From: Gemmatimonas sp.
Lineage (GTDB): Bacteria; Gemmatimonadota; Gemmatimonadetes; Gemmatimonadales; Gemmatimonadaceae
DNA length: 64,000 nucleotides
NCBI RefSeq assembly: GCF_036405635.1
Contig: NZ_DASWXE010000076.1
Location: 2,357-66,356, forward strand
Direction of reading: 5' to 3'
A program made the position numbers and the translations under genes. This document shows, one piece after another, positions 27,280-35,947 of the stretch. Below the pieces are notes generated by a model, which worked only from the letters and a program-made list of their open reading frames with translations, had not been told where the DNA came from and did no database searches. Numbering within the stretch: position 1 is the stretch's first letter; each line of letters begins with the position of its first letter.

Positions 27280-29676
27280 ATGACGCGCATTTACGACGAA
27301 GATCTTGCGGGTGGCCTCGCCACGCGCGCCATCCACGCTGGCCAGCGCCCCGACGAAGTCTCTGGTGCCATCATGACGCCGCTCTACCTCACGTCCACCT
27401 ACGTGCAGGAGAGTATCGGCGTCAACAAGGGGTACGAGTACGCTCGCGGAAAGAACCCCACGCGCCAGGCGCTTGAGCGCAACGTGGCGACGCTGGAAGG
27501 GGGCCGGCACGGCTTCGCCTTCAGCAGCGGTATGGGATGCCTCGATTCGATCATGAAGCTGTTCCGCGCCGGGGACCACATTGTGTGCGCCGAAAATGTC
27601 TACGGCGGCACCTTCCGGCTGTTCGATCGAATCCTGCGCCATCTGGGGTTGTCCTTCTCATACGTGGACACCAGTGACCCACAGCTGGTGGCCGAGGCCA
27701 TGACACCGGCCACGCGGGCGCTCCTCGTGGAGACGCCGACCAATCCACTGATGCGGCTCACTGATCTTCGTGCCATGAGCGACATCGCCAAGCGGCACCA
27801 GGCCCTGCTCATCGTGGACAACACCTTCGCGACGCCGGTTTTCCAGCGCCCGTTGGAGCTCGGTGCCGATATCGTCTGGCACTCGACCACGAAGTACATC
27901 AACGGTCACTCTGATATGATCGGCGGCCTCGCGGTGGTTCTTGAGGACGACCTCGCGGATCGGCTGCAGTTCATTCTGAACGCCGCGGGCGCCGTGCCGG
28001 GTCCGTTCGATGCCTGGCTGGCCCTGCGCGGCACCAAGACGCTGCCGCTGCGCATGAAGCAGCACGACATCAATGGTCGGGCCGTGGCCAACTTCCTCCT
28101 CGGTCGCTTGGGTGAGGAGCGGGTGATTTACCCTGGCCTCGAACACCACCCGCACCATGAGCTCGCCAAGCAGCAGATGTCGGCGTTCGGCGGCATGATG
28201 ACACTCGAGCTCGGCTCGATCGACAACGCGCGCAAGTTCCTCGAACGGGTCCGCGTTTTCTCACTCGCGGAATCCCTGGGCGGCGTGGAAAGCCTGACCA
28301 ACCACCCGTTCTCGATGACCCACGGTTCGGTGCCGGCTGAGGTGAAGCAGGCCATGGGCCTCACGGATGGCATGGTGCGGCTGTCGTGCGGCATCGAGGA
28401 CGCTGAAGATCTGATCGCGGACCTCGAGTACGCGCTGGAAGGGTTGTGCGTCGCGGGGGGCGGGTTTGGGGGTGAACGGCCGGGCCTCGAGTCGCGAGAC
28501 CCGGGTCCCGGGGCCCGCAACCCCGCCGTTCCCCCCCAAACCCGCCCACCCGCAACCCGCCACCGCCGTCTGGAACCTCCAGACGGCGGCGCCGTAGTGT
28601 CTCCCATGCCTACCCCGCTTACCCAGATCTCGTCGGTCACCTGGGAGCACCCAGCCGACCGCGCGGCGCTGCAGACCCTGCGCGCCCTTCCCGGTTTCGA
28701 TGAAGTCGTCCGCAAGATCGCCAGCGTCTTCGGCGAGCGCGGTGTCCGAAACCTCTTCCTCGGCGATGCCGTCCTCGTCGGCCCGTCGCAGCGCCCCCGC
28801 CTGCACGCCCTGTATCAGGAAGTGCTGGCGACGATGGACTGGCCCAATGCCGGCCTGCCCGCGCCGCAGCTCTACGTAGCGCAGACGCCCATCGCGAACG
28901 CCGGTGCGGTTGGCTTCGACCAGCCGTTCATCGTGATCAGCTCCGGCACGCTCGAACTGCTGGAGCCCGAAGAGCAGCGCTTTGTGCTGGCGCAGCAGCT
29001 CGGCCACATCATGACCGGGCGCACGACCTATCGCACCATCGCGCTCATCGTGCTGTTCTTCGGCATGAGTGCCCTGCCGCTGCTGGCGTCGATCGCGTTG
29101 CTGCCCTTTCAGCTCGCCCTGCTCGAGTGGTACCGCAAGTCGGAGCTCTCGGCTGACCGGGCCGGCATGCTCGGCACACAGGATCCGCGCGCCAGTCTCA
29201 TGACGTTCCTCAAGCTGGCCGGTGGACGGGCTGACGGGGACAGCATCGATCTTGATGCGTACCTCGCGCAGGCGGCCGACTACGAGCTTGGCGGCACCGC
29301 GTGGGACAGCGTCCTCAAGGCCCTCAACACCGCCCTGCGTGAGCATCCGTTCCACACGGTGCGGGCGGGCGAGCTGCGGCGCTGGGAGCAGACCGGTGCC
29401 TATACCACCATCGTGGGCGGCGACTACATCCGCCGTGGCTCTGAAGCCGAGCGACCGCTGCGGGAGGACATCAAGGACGCGCGCGACTACTACGCCGACA
29501 AGGCCAAGGCCGCCGCGGAGACGGTGGGTGACGTGATCAATCGCGCCGCCGACGCCTTCCGCGATGCCTTCCGCGCCGCGGCGACCGCCACCTCGGCGGC
29601 GGCCGGGGATTCGGGGCCGGGTGATGCGCCGCCGCCGCCGGCACCTCCGCCACCGCCAGCTCCGCCGACGAACTAG
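27280..29676 (+). CDS. Uninterrupted ORF: cystathionine gamma-synthase/lyase-family PLP domain (to about 28446) running in frame through a repeat element into an M48-like domain
   Basis: PLP-Lys motif HSTTKYINGHSD and typical family C-terminus GIEDAEDLIADLEYALEGL at about 28446. There is no in-frame stop until 29676. The linker is the translated palindromic repeat. Confidence 0.7.
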   Translation: MTRIYDEDLAGGLATRAIHAGQRPDEVSGAIMTPLYLTSTYVQESIGVNKGYEYARGKNPTRQALERNVATLEGGRHGFAFSSGMGCLDSIMKLFRAGDHIVCAENVYGGTFRLFDRILRHLGLSFSYVDTSDPQLVAEAMTPATRALLVETPTNPLMRLTDLRAMSDIAKRHQALLIVDNTFATPVFQRPLELGADIVWHSTTKYINGHSDMIGGLAVVLEDDLADRLQFILNAAGAVPGPFDAWLALRGTKTLPLRMKQHDINGRAVANFLLGRLGEERVIYPGLEHHPHHELAKQQMSAFGGMMTLELGSIDNARKFLERVRVFSLAESLGGVESLTNHPFSMTHGSVPAEVKQAMGLTDGMVRLSCGIEDAEDLIADLEYALEGLCVAGGGFGGERPGLESRDPGPGARNPAVPPQTRPPATRHRRLEPPDGGAVVSPMPTPLTQISSVTWEHPADRAALQTLRALPGFDEVVRKIASVFGERGVRNLFLGDAVLVGPSQRPRLHALYQEVLATMDWPNAGLPAPQLYVAQTPIANAGAVGFDQPFIVISSGTLELLEPEEQRFVLAQQLGHIMTGRTTYRTIALIVLFFGMSALPLLASIALLPFQLALLEWYRKSELSADRAGMLGTQDPRASLMTFLKLAGGRADGDSIDLDAYLAQAADYELGGTAWDSVLKALNTALREHPFHTVRAGELRRWEQTGAYTTIVGGDYIRRGSEAERPLREDIKDARDYYADKAKAAAETVGDVINRAADAFRDAFRAAATATSAAAGDSGPGDAPPPPAPPPPPAPPTN
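28441..28561. repeat. REPIN-like palindromic element, copy 2 (GGGTTTGGGGGTGAAC core), inside the long ORF
   Basis: The left arm matches the 3421-3465 copy at 39 of 45 positions aligned by eye. The right arm CCGTTCCCCCCCAAACCCGCC is its inverted partner. Confidence 0.8.
28563..28591 (+). other. Perfect terminator-like stem-loop inside the ORF
   Basis: CCGCCGTCTGGA-ACC-TCCAGACGGCGG, read directly. There is no T-tract. It lies 15 nt upstream of the internal ATG 28606. Confidence 0.6.
28606..29676 (+). CDS. M48-family metallopeptidase-like protein with degenerate zinc motif (alternative stand-alone reading from the internal ATG)
   Basis: The family-like sequence begins at MPTPLTQISS. It has ELSADRAG, THPFHTVRAGEL and a Pro-rich tail. 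AQQLGH replaces HELGH. Confidence 0.45.
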   Translation: MPTPLTQISSVTWEHPADRAALQTLRALPGFDEVVRKIASVFGERGVRNLFLGDAVLVGPSQRPRLHALYQEVLATMDWPNAGLPAPQLYVAQTPIANAGAVGFDQPFIVISSGTLELLEPEEQRFVLAQQLGHIMTGRTTYRTIALIVLFFGMSALPLLASIALLPFQLALLEWYRKSELSADRAGMLGTQDPRASLMTFLKLAGGRADGDSIDLDAYLAQAADYELGGTAWDSVLKALNTALREHPFHTVRAGELRRWEQTGAYTTIVGGDYIRRGSEAERPLREDIKDARDYYADKAKAAAETVGDVINRAADAFRDAFRAAATATSAAAGDSGPGDAPPPPAPPPPPAPPTN

Positions 29677-29678
29677 GA

Positions 29679-29806
29679 CGGGTCCGGGTCGCGGGTTTAG
29701 TGTTCCGGGGTGAACTGCCGGGTTGCGGGTCTTGGGTTTCGCGTTTCGCGGAGCCGTCGGCCCAACACCGGCGGTTCACCCCGTACTCGTTCCCCCGAAC
29801 CCGACG
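29679..29806. repeat. REPIN-like palindromic element, copy 3 (diverged)
   Basis: GGGTCGCGGGTTTAGTGTTCCGGGGTGAACTGCCGG pairs with CCGGCGGTTCACCCCGTACTCGTTCCCCCGAACCCGAC. It shares GGGTCGCG, GGGTTT and GGGGTGAAC with copies 1 and 2. Confidence 0.75.
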
Positions 29807-29812
29807 ATCGCA

Positions 29813-31093
29813 GTGAAAATCCTCCTCCTCGGCTCTGGCGGCCGTGAGCACGCGCTGGCCGATACGCTGCTGCGCGAAAACACGTCCGTTGAACTGATCA
29901 CGGCACCGGGCAATCCCGGGATCGCGGATCTCGGTCGACTGGTGTCGATCGATGTGAGTGATCCTCGCGCGGTCGCGGCCCTGGCGGAACAGGAGCAGGT
30001 GGATCTGGTGGTAGTCGGTCCCGAGGCGCCGCTGGCCGCGGGCGTCGTGGACTACCTCCAGGAGCGCCGTATTCCGGCATTCGGTCCAACGGCCGGCGCG
30101 GCAACGGTGGAAACATCAAAGGCCGACACCAAGGCGCTGATGATGGCCGCCGACATCCCCACCGCGCACGCCGAGACGCATCGTGATGCTGCCTCCGCGA
30201 AGCAGGCGGTGCGTGCACGCTTTGGCGCACCGGTGGTCATCAAGGCCAGCGGCCTGGCGGCCGGCAAGGGCGTGATCGTGTGCCAGACGGAGAAGGAAGC
30301 GTTCGATGCCATCGATCGTATTCTCGATGATCGCGCATTTGGTGATGCGGGCAGCGAGTGCCTGGTGGAATCGTTCATGACGGGCGAGGAGCTGTCGCTG
30401 TTCGCGGTCACCGACGGATACGACGTGTTACCGATGATCGGCGCCCAGGACCACAAGCGTCTGCTCGATGGTGACGAGGGCCCGAACACCGGCGGCATGG
30501 GTGCGTACACCCCGGTGTCATTCTCCACGTCGTCATTGGTGGACAGTGTCACCGAGAGCGTGCTGCTACCGACGCTGCATGCGCTGCGCAAGCGCGGCAC
30601 GCCGTTCACGGGTCTGTTGTACGCGGGGCTCATGCTCACGCCTGAAGGCCCCAAAGTGGTGGAGTTCAACTGCCGTTTTGGTGACCCCGAAACGCAGGCC
30701 ATCCTGCCCATGCTCACCAGCAGCCTGCTCGACCCGATGCTGGCGGTCGCGCGTGGGTCGCGCATCGGCAACATGTCACCGTTCGCGTGGCGTTCTGGTG
30801 CCAGCGTGACCACCGTGGTGGCATCGAGCGGCTATCCCGATGCACCACGCAAGGGCGCCGAGATTTTCCTGCCCAGCTTCGGCGATGACGTGCGTGTCTT
30901 TCATGCTGGCACCACGCGAGATGCATCGGGTGTGCTGCGCGCGAATGGCGGCCGCGTGTTTGCGGTGACGGCATTGGCCGATACGTTTGCCGCGGCGCAG
31001 CGGGCCAGTCGCGACGCTGCCGCGCGCATCGAGTTCGACGGCGCAATCTTCCGTTCCGACATCGGCTGGCGGGAAGCCGCGCGGATTGCCTGA
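29813..31093 (+). CDS. purD: Phosphoribosylamine--glycine ligase
   Basis: Start at GTG 29813 (VKILLLGSGGREHALA), ATP-grasp body. The upstream part of the ORF is the translated repeat element. Confidence 0.95.
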   Translation: MKILLLGSGGREHALADTLLRENTSVELITAPGNPGIADLGRLVSIDVSDPRAVAALAEQEQVDLVVVGPEAPLAAGVVDYLQERRIPAFGPTAGAATVETSKADTKALMMAADIPTAHAETHRDAASAKQAVRARFGAPVVIKASGLAAGKGVIVCQTEKEAFDAIDRILDDRAFGDAGSECLVESFMTGEELSLFAVTDGYDVLPMIGAQDHKRLLDGDEGPNTGGMGAYTPVSFSTSSLVDSVTESVLLPTLHALRKRGTPFTGLLYAGLMLTPEGPKVVEFNCRFGDPETQAILPMLTSSLLDPMLAVARGSRIGNMSPFAWRSGASVTTVVASSGYPDAPRKGAEIFLPSFGDDVRVFHAGTTRDASGVLRANGGRVFAVTALADTFAAAQRASRDAAARIEFDGAIFRSDIGWREAARIA

Positions 31094-31922
31094 ACTGCCG
31101 GAAACGGAGACCATCGCGCGCGACCTGCACGCGATGGTGGTGGGGCGTGTGATCAAGCGCGTCGTCGTATCGCGCCCCGATGTGCTGCGTGAGATATTGC
31201 CGGAGGAGTTGCCATCGTCGCTGGAAGGCACGTCCATCACGCGGGTGTGGCGTCGCGCAAAGCTGATTGTGCTGGATCTCGTCGTGGGCGACACGCAGCG
31301 GCATCTGGTGGTGCAGCCCCGCTTCACCGGCGGTCTGCTGGTGGACGACGGCTCCATGCCGGAGAACGAACTCACCTACAGCTGTGTGGCCTTTGTCCTG
31401 GACGACGGCCGCACGCTGCACTACCGCGATGTGCGACGGCTGGGAACAGTCGCCCTCATGGAGACCGGACGATTTTCGGCTTATTCGGGCGCACTTGGCC
31501 CCGAGCCTCTTGACCAAACGTTCGACGCGACTGCATTTTCGGGTTGTGTTCGGTCATCGCATCAGCCCATCAAAGTAGTTTTGATGGATCAGCGGCGATT
31601 GGCTGGCGTTGGCAACATCTACGCGAACGAGGCTCTGTGGCGCGCCGGCATCGATCCTTCCCGAGAAGCGGCGTCCCTGACGCCCCCCGAAACCCAGCGA
31701 CTGCACGCCGAGCTGCGCGACGTGCTGACGGCGAGTATCGCCGCGCGTGGCACGAGTTTTCGCGACTACCGGGATGCGCGCGGTGAGCGTGGCACCTTTG
31801 TTGAGCAACTGGCCGCCTACGGACGCGGCGGGGAACCCTGCACTCGCTGTGGCAGACGGCTCGTGGTCACCCACGCCGTGGACGGCCGCAGCACGGTCTT
31901 CTGCCCGGGCTGCCAGCGCTAG
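31086..31922 (+). CDS. mutM: Formamidopyrimidine-DNA glycosylase
   Basis: TTG 31086 followed by PELPE (Pro2 nucleophile), an H2TH region (AGVGNIYANEAL), and zinc finger CTRCG...CPGCQ. Overlaps the purD end by 8 nt. Confidence 0.9.
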   Translation: MPELPETETIARDLHAMVVGRVIKRVVVSRPDVLREILPEELPSSLEGTSITRVWRRAKLIVLDLVVGDTQRHLVVQPRFTGGLLVDDGSMPENELTYSCVAFVLDDGRTLHYRDVRRLGTVALMETGRFSAYSGALGPEPLDQTFDATAFSGCVRSSHQPIKVVLMDQRRLAGVGNIYANEALWRAGIDPSREAASLTPPETQRLHAELRDVLTASIAARGTSFRDYRDARGERGTFVEQLAAYGRGGEPCTRCGRRLVVTHAVDGRSTVFCPGCQR

Positions 31923-31992
31923 TCCGTTCGACCGCGCCAGACAGGTCGGCGGTGAGCAGCTCGATCTCGCGGTAGACACACCAGACGTCGAC

Positions 31993-33132
31993 GTGGAACG
32001 ACTGCGCGACCAGGTGCGCAGCTCCGCCCGCAACGAGCCGGGCGTGTACCTCATGCGCGGCGCCCGCGGCGATGTGCTGTACGTGGGCAAGAGCACGCAG
32101 GTGCGCACGCGGCTGCTTTCGTACTTCCGCCTGCCCTGGCCCGAGCACCGGCACGCGCGGCTGCTGCGTGAGACGGTGCGTATCGAGTGGGAGCCACATC
32201 CCAGTGAGTTTGCGGCGCTGCTGCGCGAAGTGCGGCTCATTCGCGCGCACCTGCCACGCTACAACGTGCGTTCGGCACGTCCGCTCGACAAATGGTGGGT
32301 GATCACCATCGCCAAAGGCATCACCCCGCGCCTGCGCGTGCAGCGCGCGAGTGCGGCGGCACGCTCGCGCGATGTAGCGCAAATCATCGGCCCGTTTGCT
32401 TCGCGGCGGCCGCTGGTGGACGCGCTGCGTGTGCTCAACGACGCGCTCGGCCTGCGCGACTGCTCCGATCGCATTCGCATGCATGTGCGCGATGTGGCCG
32501 AGTTGTTCGATGAACACCATCCGGCCATGCAGCGGACCCCCGCGTGTCATCGCTACGAGACGCGTCGTTGCCTGGGGCCGTGCATTGGTGCCACGAGCGA
32601 GTACGAGTATCGCGCGCAGCTCACCCGCGCCAAGGCCGTGCTCGAGGGGCGCGATGATTCACCGCAGCAGCATCTCGTGCGCGAAATGGCGGCGGCCAGC
32701 GCCGCACTTTCGTACGAACGTGCCGGTTGGCTGCGTGATCGACTCACCGCGTTGCAGGACCTCGAATCGCAACTGGGCCGCGTACGCGAAGCACTCTCAC
32801 GCCCGAGTTGTGTGTACGCGGTGCCGGGTCGCCTGGGTGACGATCGTCTCTATCTCATCCGGCACGGCCGCGTGGTAGCCGAAGCACGCTGCGCCGATCC
32901 GGATTCGGTGAACGACCTGCAGGCGATGGAATCGCGCGCCACACAGGCGCCGTCCGGCGCGATGGTCAACCAGCTCGACGAACTGCTGCTCGTGGAGTCC
33001 TGGTTGCGTGGACGACAGGGAGAGCGGGCGCTTGTGGCGGATTCGGTGGTTGGTGCGCTGCAGGAACTGGCCCGCTCCTACTCCTCCGCCGGATCCTCGA
33101 CCATCAACGGGATGAGCTCGACGTCGGCCTGA
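31993..33132 (+). CDS. UvrC N-terminal-like GIY-YIG nuclease (Cho-like) with a UVR motif
   Basis: GIY-YIG (PGVYLMRG...VLYVGKS...R...Y...E), a Cys cluster (CHRYETRRCLGPC) and a UVR-like helix (YERAGWLRDRLTAL). There is no C-terminal endonuclease/HhH half. GTG 31993 was chosen by spacing to the GIY motif and is uncertain. Confidence 0.7.
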   Translation: MERLRDQVRSSARNEPGVYLMRGARGDVLYVGKSTQVRTRLLSYFRLPWPEHRHARLLRETVRIEWEPHPSEFAALLREVRLIRAHLPRYNVRSARPLDKWWVITIAKGITPRLRVQRASAAARSRDVAQIIGPFASRRPLVDALRVLNDALGLRDCSDRIRMHVRDVAELFDEHHPAMQRTPACHRYETRRCLGPCIGATSEYEYRAQLTRAKAVLEGRDDSPQQHLVREMAAASAALSYERAGWLRDRLTALQDLESQLGRVREALSRPSCVYAVPGRLGDDRLYLIRHGRVVAEARCADPDSVNDLQAMESRATQAPSGAMVNQLDELLLVESWLRGRQGERALVADSVVGALQELARSYSSAGSSTINGMSSTSA

Positions 33133-33581
33133 CCCTTGTGGATGTACAGCTTGGCCACACAGGGCTGCAGCTTGAATCGACGCGGTCCCGCCGCGCCGGG
33201 ATTCACGACGATGCGCCGCGCCGCCTTGGTTACCAACTGCTGATGCGTGTGCCCGTACACGATGACATCCGCCTTCGGGTAGGCACTCACAAGCCGCGGT
33301 GGCGTGGTCTGCCCCACCTCATGACCATGCGTTACGACGATGCGCACACCGTCGATGACCTCCTCGATACGCTCGACGAGATCGGGACGGCCTGGGGCAT
33401 CCGTGTTGCCCCAGACGGCCCGCACGGGCGCAATCGTGGCCAGCTCGGCGAGTACGTCGGCGGGGCCGACATCACCCGCATGCAGAATCTGCGACACACC
33501 CTTGAGCGCCTCAAACACCTCCGGGCGCACCAGGCCATGTGTATCCGAAATCAGTCCGATGATCGTGGCGCTCTGCGTCAT
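33078..33581 (-). CDS. YfcE/MJ0936-family metallophosphoesterase
   Basis: GLISDTHG, AGDVG, GNTD and THGH motifs; 167 aa. Confidence 0.85.
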   Translation of the reverse strand: MTQSATIIGLISDTHGLVRPEVFEALKGVSQILHAGDVGPADVLAELATIAPVRAVWGNTDAPGRPDLVERIEEVIDGVRIVVTHGHEVGQTTPPRLVSAYPKADVIVYGHTHQQLVTKAARRIVVNPGAAGPRRFKLQPCVAKLYIHKGQADVELIPLMVEDPAEE

Positions 33582-34270
33582 TCCATGTCCGAGGTCGCAG
33601 TGCGCAGGGCACGACGTCGCTGCAATTCAGCGAGCGCACCCTCCGCATCCGGCGTCCCCGGAAATCTGTCGGCCAAACGCCGAAGTTCCACCACCGCGCG
33701 CCCGGAATCTTCGAGCGGACCCAGGTAGAGATCGATCAGGCGATGGGTGGCGTAGAGCTCGTCGGCGGGAGAGACCTCACCCATGAGGCGAATTCGGTGG
33801 AGGGCATGACGGGCCCGCTCATGCTCGCCTTCCGCGGCCATCAGCTCGGCTTCGGCCCGTAGCGTACCCACCGAATCCCCGTGTTCGAGCCGGATAGACT
33901 CGAAGATATCGATTGCCTCATCCAGGCGGCCTTCAGCGGCCATCGCCTCAGCCTGGGACACAGCAGGCGCCAATGCCCGTTCCATAGTCGCGTCTCGCCC
34001 GCCGCCCGATGGATGCAGGAACTGATGCAATACCGCGCCTCCCAGGCGGGTGACCGATGACAGTACGGCGAAGAGCGCGCCTGCCGCGAACGGGGCGAGG
34101 ACCAGGCCGAACATCAGGCGCGAGCGTCCCTGAACCCCGTACAGCATCACCACCACAATCGACGGCGCCACCAGGGCGCCGGACACCAATGCTCCAAGCC
34201 AGGCGGCGCTCCAGAAGCGACGCCGACGTTCTCGCTGGATGGACTTCTCGAACAGGTCGAGATCGAGCAT
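33578..34270 (-). CDS. Membrane protein with a TPR-like C-terminal region
   Basis: Two hydrophobic segments followed by helical repeats (GRLDEAIDIFESI..., EHERARHALHRI...). ATGA overlap with the downstream gene. The start is uncertain. Confidence 0.55.
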   Translation of the reverse strand: MLDLDLFEKSIQRERRRRFWSAAWLGALVSGALVAPSIVVVMLYGVQGRSRLMFGLVLAPFAAGALFAVLSSVTRLGGAVLHQFLHPSGGGRDATMERALAPAVSQAEAMAAEGRLDEAIDIFESIRLEHGDSVGTLRAEAELMAAEGEHERARHALHRIRLMGEVSPADELYATHRLIDLYLGPLEDSGRAVVELRRLADRFPGTPDAEGALAELQRRRALRTATSDME

Positions 34271-34355
34271 TGGGGGTGACCTCCGGAGGATGCGACATCG
34301 CATCACGTTGGAGGCAAGACGCTTCACGCCCGCGGACGGTCACGTCCCGTGCAGG

Positions 34356-34994
34356 TCATTCGCCCTTGATCGCGCCCCAGCGATGCCCGATGTCGTGCTC
34401 GATATCCAGATGGTCCAGGATGCGGGCGACCAGGAAATCGACCAGATCCTCGATGCGCGCCGGCTTGTGATAGAAACCAGGCGCCGCGGGGATCACCGTC
34501 GCGCCGGCCCGCGTGACCGCCGTGAGATTCTCCAGATGAATCAGCGACAGTGGGGTCTCACGCGGTACGAGAATGAGCTTGCGCCGCTCCTTGAGGGCCA
34601 CGTCTGCCGCGCGTTCCACCAATGACCGCGATGTGCCATGGGCGATCGCGCTCACCGTGCCCATGGAGCACGGACATACCACCATCCCGCTCGTGCGCGC
34701 CGATCCGCTGGCTGGCGCCGCCCCACGATCGGCATCGTCGAACACGGTTACCACACTCGCAAAACTGCCGGCCGTGCTGCCCGCCTCCACCCGCGTCTTG
34801 AGCGCTTCGAGGTCGCCGATATCGCTCTCCGTGGCCAGCAGCCGCCAGCCGTGCCCGGACACGATCAGCCAGGTCGGCACCCGTTGCGCGACCAGCGCCT
34901 GCAACAAACGTACGGCATACGGCGCACCCGACGCCCCCGTAATGGCGAGCACCACCGGGTGCCGCGGCATCCACCGATCAAGATCGCCACTCAT
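34356..34994 (-). CDS. ubiX: Flavin prenyltransferase UbiX
   Basis: VVLAITGASGAPYAVRLLQAL and overall UbiX/Pad1 pattern. ATGA overlap with the upstream gene. Confidence 0.92.
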   Translation of the reverse strand: MSGDLDRWMPRHPVVLAITGASGAPYAVRLLQALVAQRVPTWLIVSGHGWRLLATESDIGDLEALKTRVEAGSTAGSFASVVTVFDDADRGAAPASGSARTSGMVVCPCSMGTVSAIAHGTSRSLVERAADVALKERRKLILVPRETPLSLIHLENLTAVTRAGATVIPAAPGFYHKPARIEDLVDFLVARILDHLDIEHDIGHRWGAIKGE

Positions 34995-35947
34995 CGCCGC
35001 ACTCCCACCAGCACACGCGCCGCGAAGATGACCGTGAGGAAGCCCAGCGAGATGATGCCATTCATGGTGAAGAAGGCGGCATCGACGCGGCTGAGATCAT
35101 TCGCCTTCACCAAGCGATGTTCCCAGATCAGCATCAGCGCGATCCCCGCCACGGCGATCCACAGCACCGCCGTCACGAACCCCGGCGTGATACCCAGCGG
35201 ATGCGCGGCCATCACGCCGGCAAAACAGGCGACCGCCAGCACATGCAGTGTGCGCGCGATGCGAATGGCCTTCACCACACCCAAAGTGCTCGGCACGCTG
35301 TGCAGCCCATGTCGCGAATCGAACTCGGCGTCCTGCAGTGCATAGATCATGTCGAAGCCGCCGCTCCAGCACACCACCGCCAGCGCAAGCACGCACAACA
35401 GCCACCACGGATCACTCCACTGCCCCGTCACTGCGAGATAGCCGCCGACCGGCGCAATCGAGAGGCCCAATCCAAGCCACAGGTGTGACCACCGCGTAAA
35501 CCGCTTGGTGTAGCTGTATCCCAGCACCCACAGGAGTGCGACCGGCGACAGCGCGAAGCACAGCGGATTGAGCCGCCACGCCGCATACACGAACAGCGCA
35601 CTCGCCACCACGATGCTCACGCGCGCCTGCGTCAGCGTCAGCGTGCCCGCTGGCAGCTCGCGCATGGCGGTGCGCGGGTTCAACGCGTCGACGTCACGAT
35701 CCACCAGACGATTGAACGCCATGGCGGCGAAGCGCGCGCTCGTGAAGGCCACAATCACCCACCACACCATGGCCGCCGTCACGGGTGCCACGGCGCTCGC
35801 GAACAGCACGCCCACCAGCGAGAACGGCATCGCGAACACCGTATGCGGCAGCTTCACGAAATTGCCCAGACGCACCGGCAGCGACTGCCCGCGCATGAGC
35901 TGTCCGTCGCGCGCGCCCGGAGGTGGGACGATGCCTGGCGCCGACAT
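34991..35947 (-). CDS. UbiA-family aromatic prenyltransferase
   Basis: NRLVDRDVDALNPRT (NxxxDxxxD), polytopic membrane protein. Start ATG 35947 forms an ATGA overlap with the ubiD stop. The longer ORF-track N-terminus is Arg/Gly junk. Confidence 0.88.
   Translation of the reverse strand: MSAPGIVPPPGARDGQLMRGQSLPVRLGNFVKLPHTVFAMPFSLVGVLFASAVAPVTAAMVWWVIVAFTSARFAAMAFNRLVDRDVDALNPRTAMRELPAGTLTLTQARVSIVVASALFVYAAWRLNPLCFALSPVALLWVLGYSYTKRFTRWSHLWLGLGLSIAPVGGYLAVTGQWSDPWWLLCVLALAVVCWSGGFDMIYALQDAEFDSRHGLHSVPSTLGVVKAIRIARTLHVLAVACFAGVMAAHPLGITPGFVTAVLWIAVAGIALMLIWEHRLVKANDLSRVDAAFFTMNGIISLGFLTVIFAARVLVGVRR

Noticed and set aside
33078-33132. The 55-nt convergent overlap between the UvrC-like gene and the phosphoesterase gene as evidence that one gene is mis-called.
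   Set aside because: Both ORFs have family motifs well inside their bodies. The overlap involves only C-terminal tails and is plausible in GC-rich genomes where stop codons are rare. It cannot be resolved from sequence alone.
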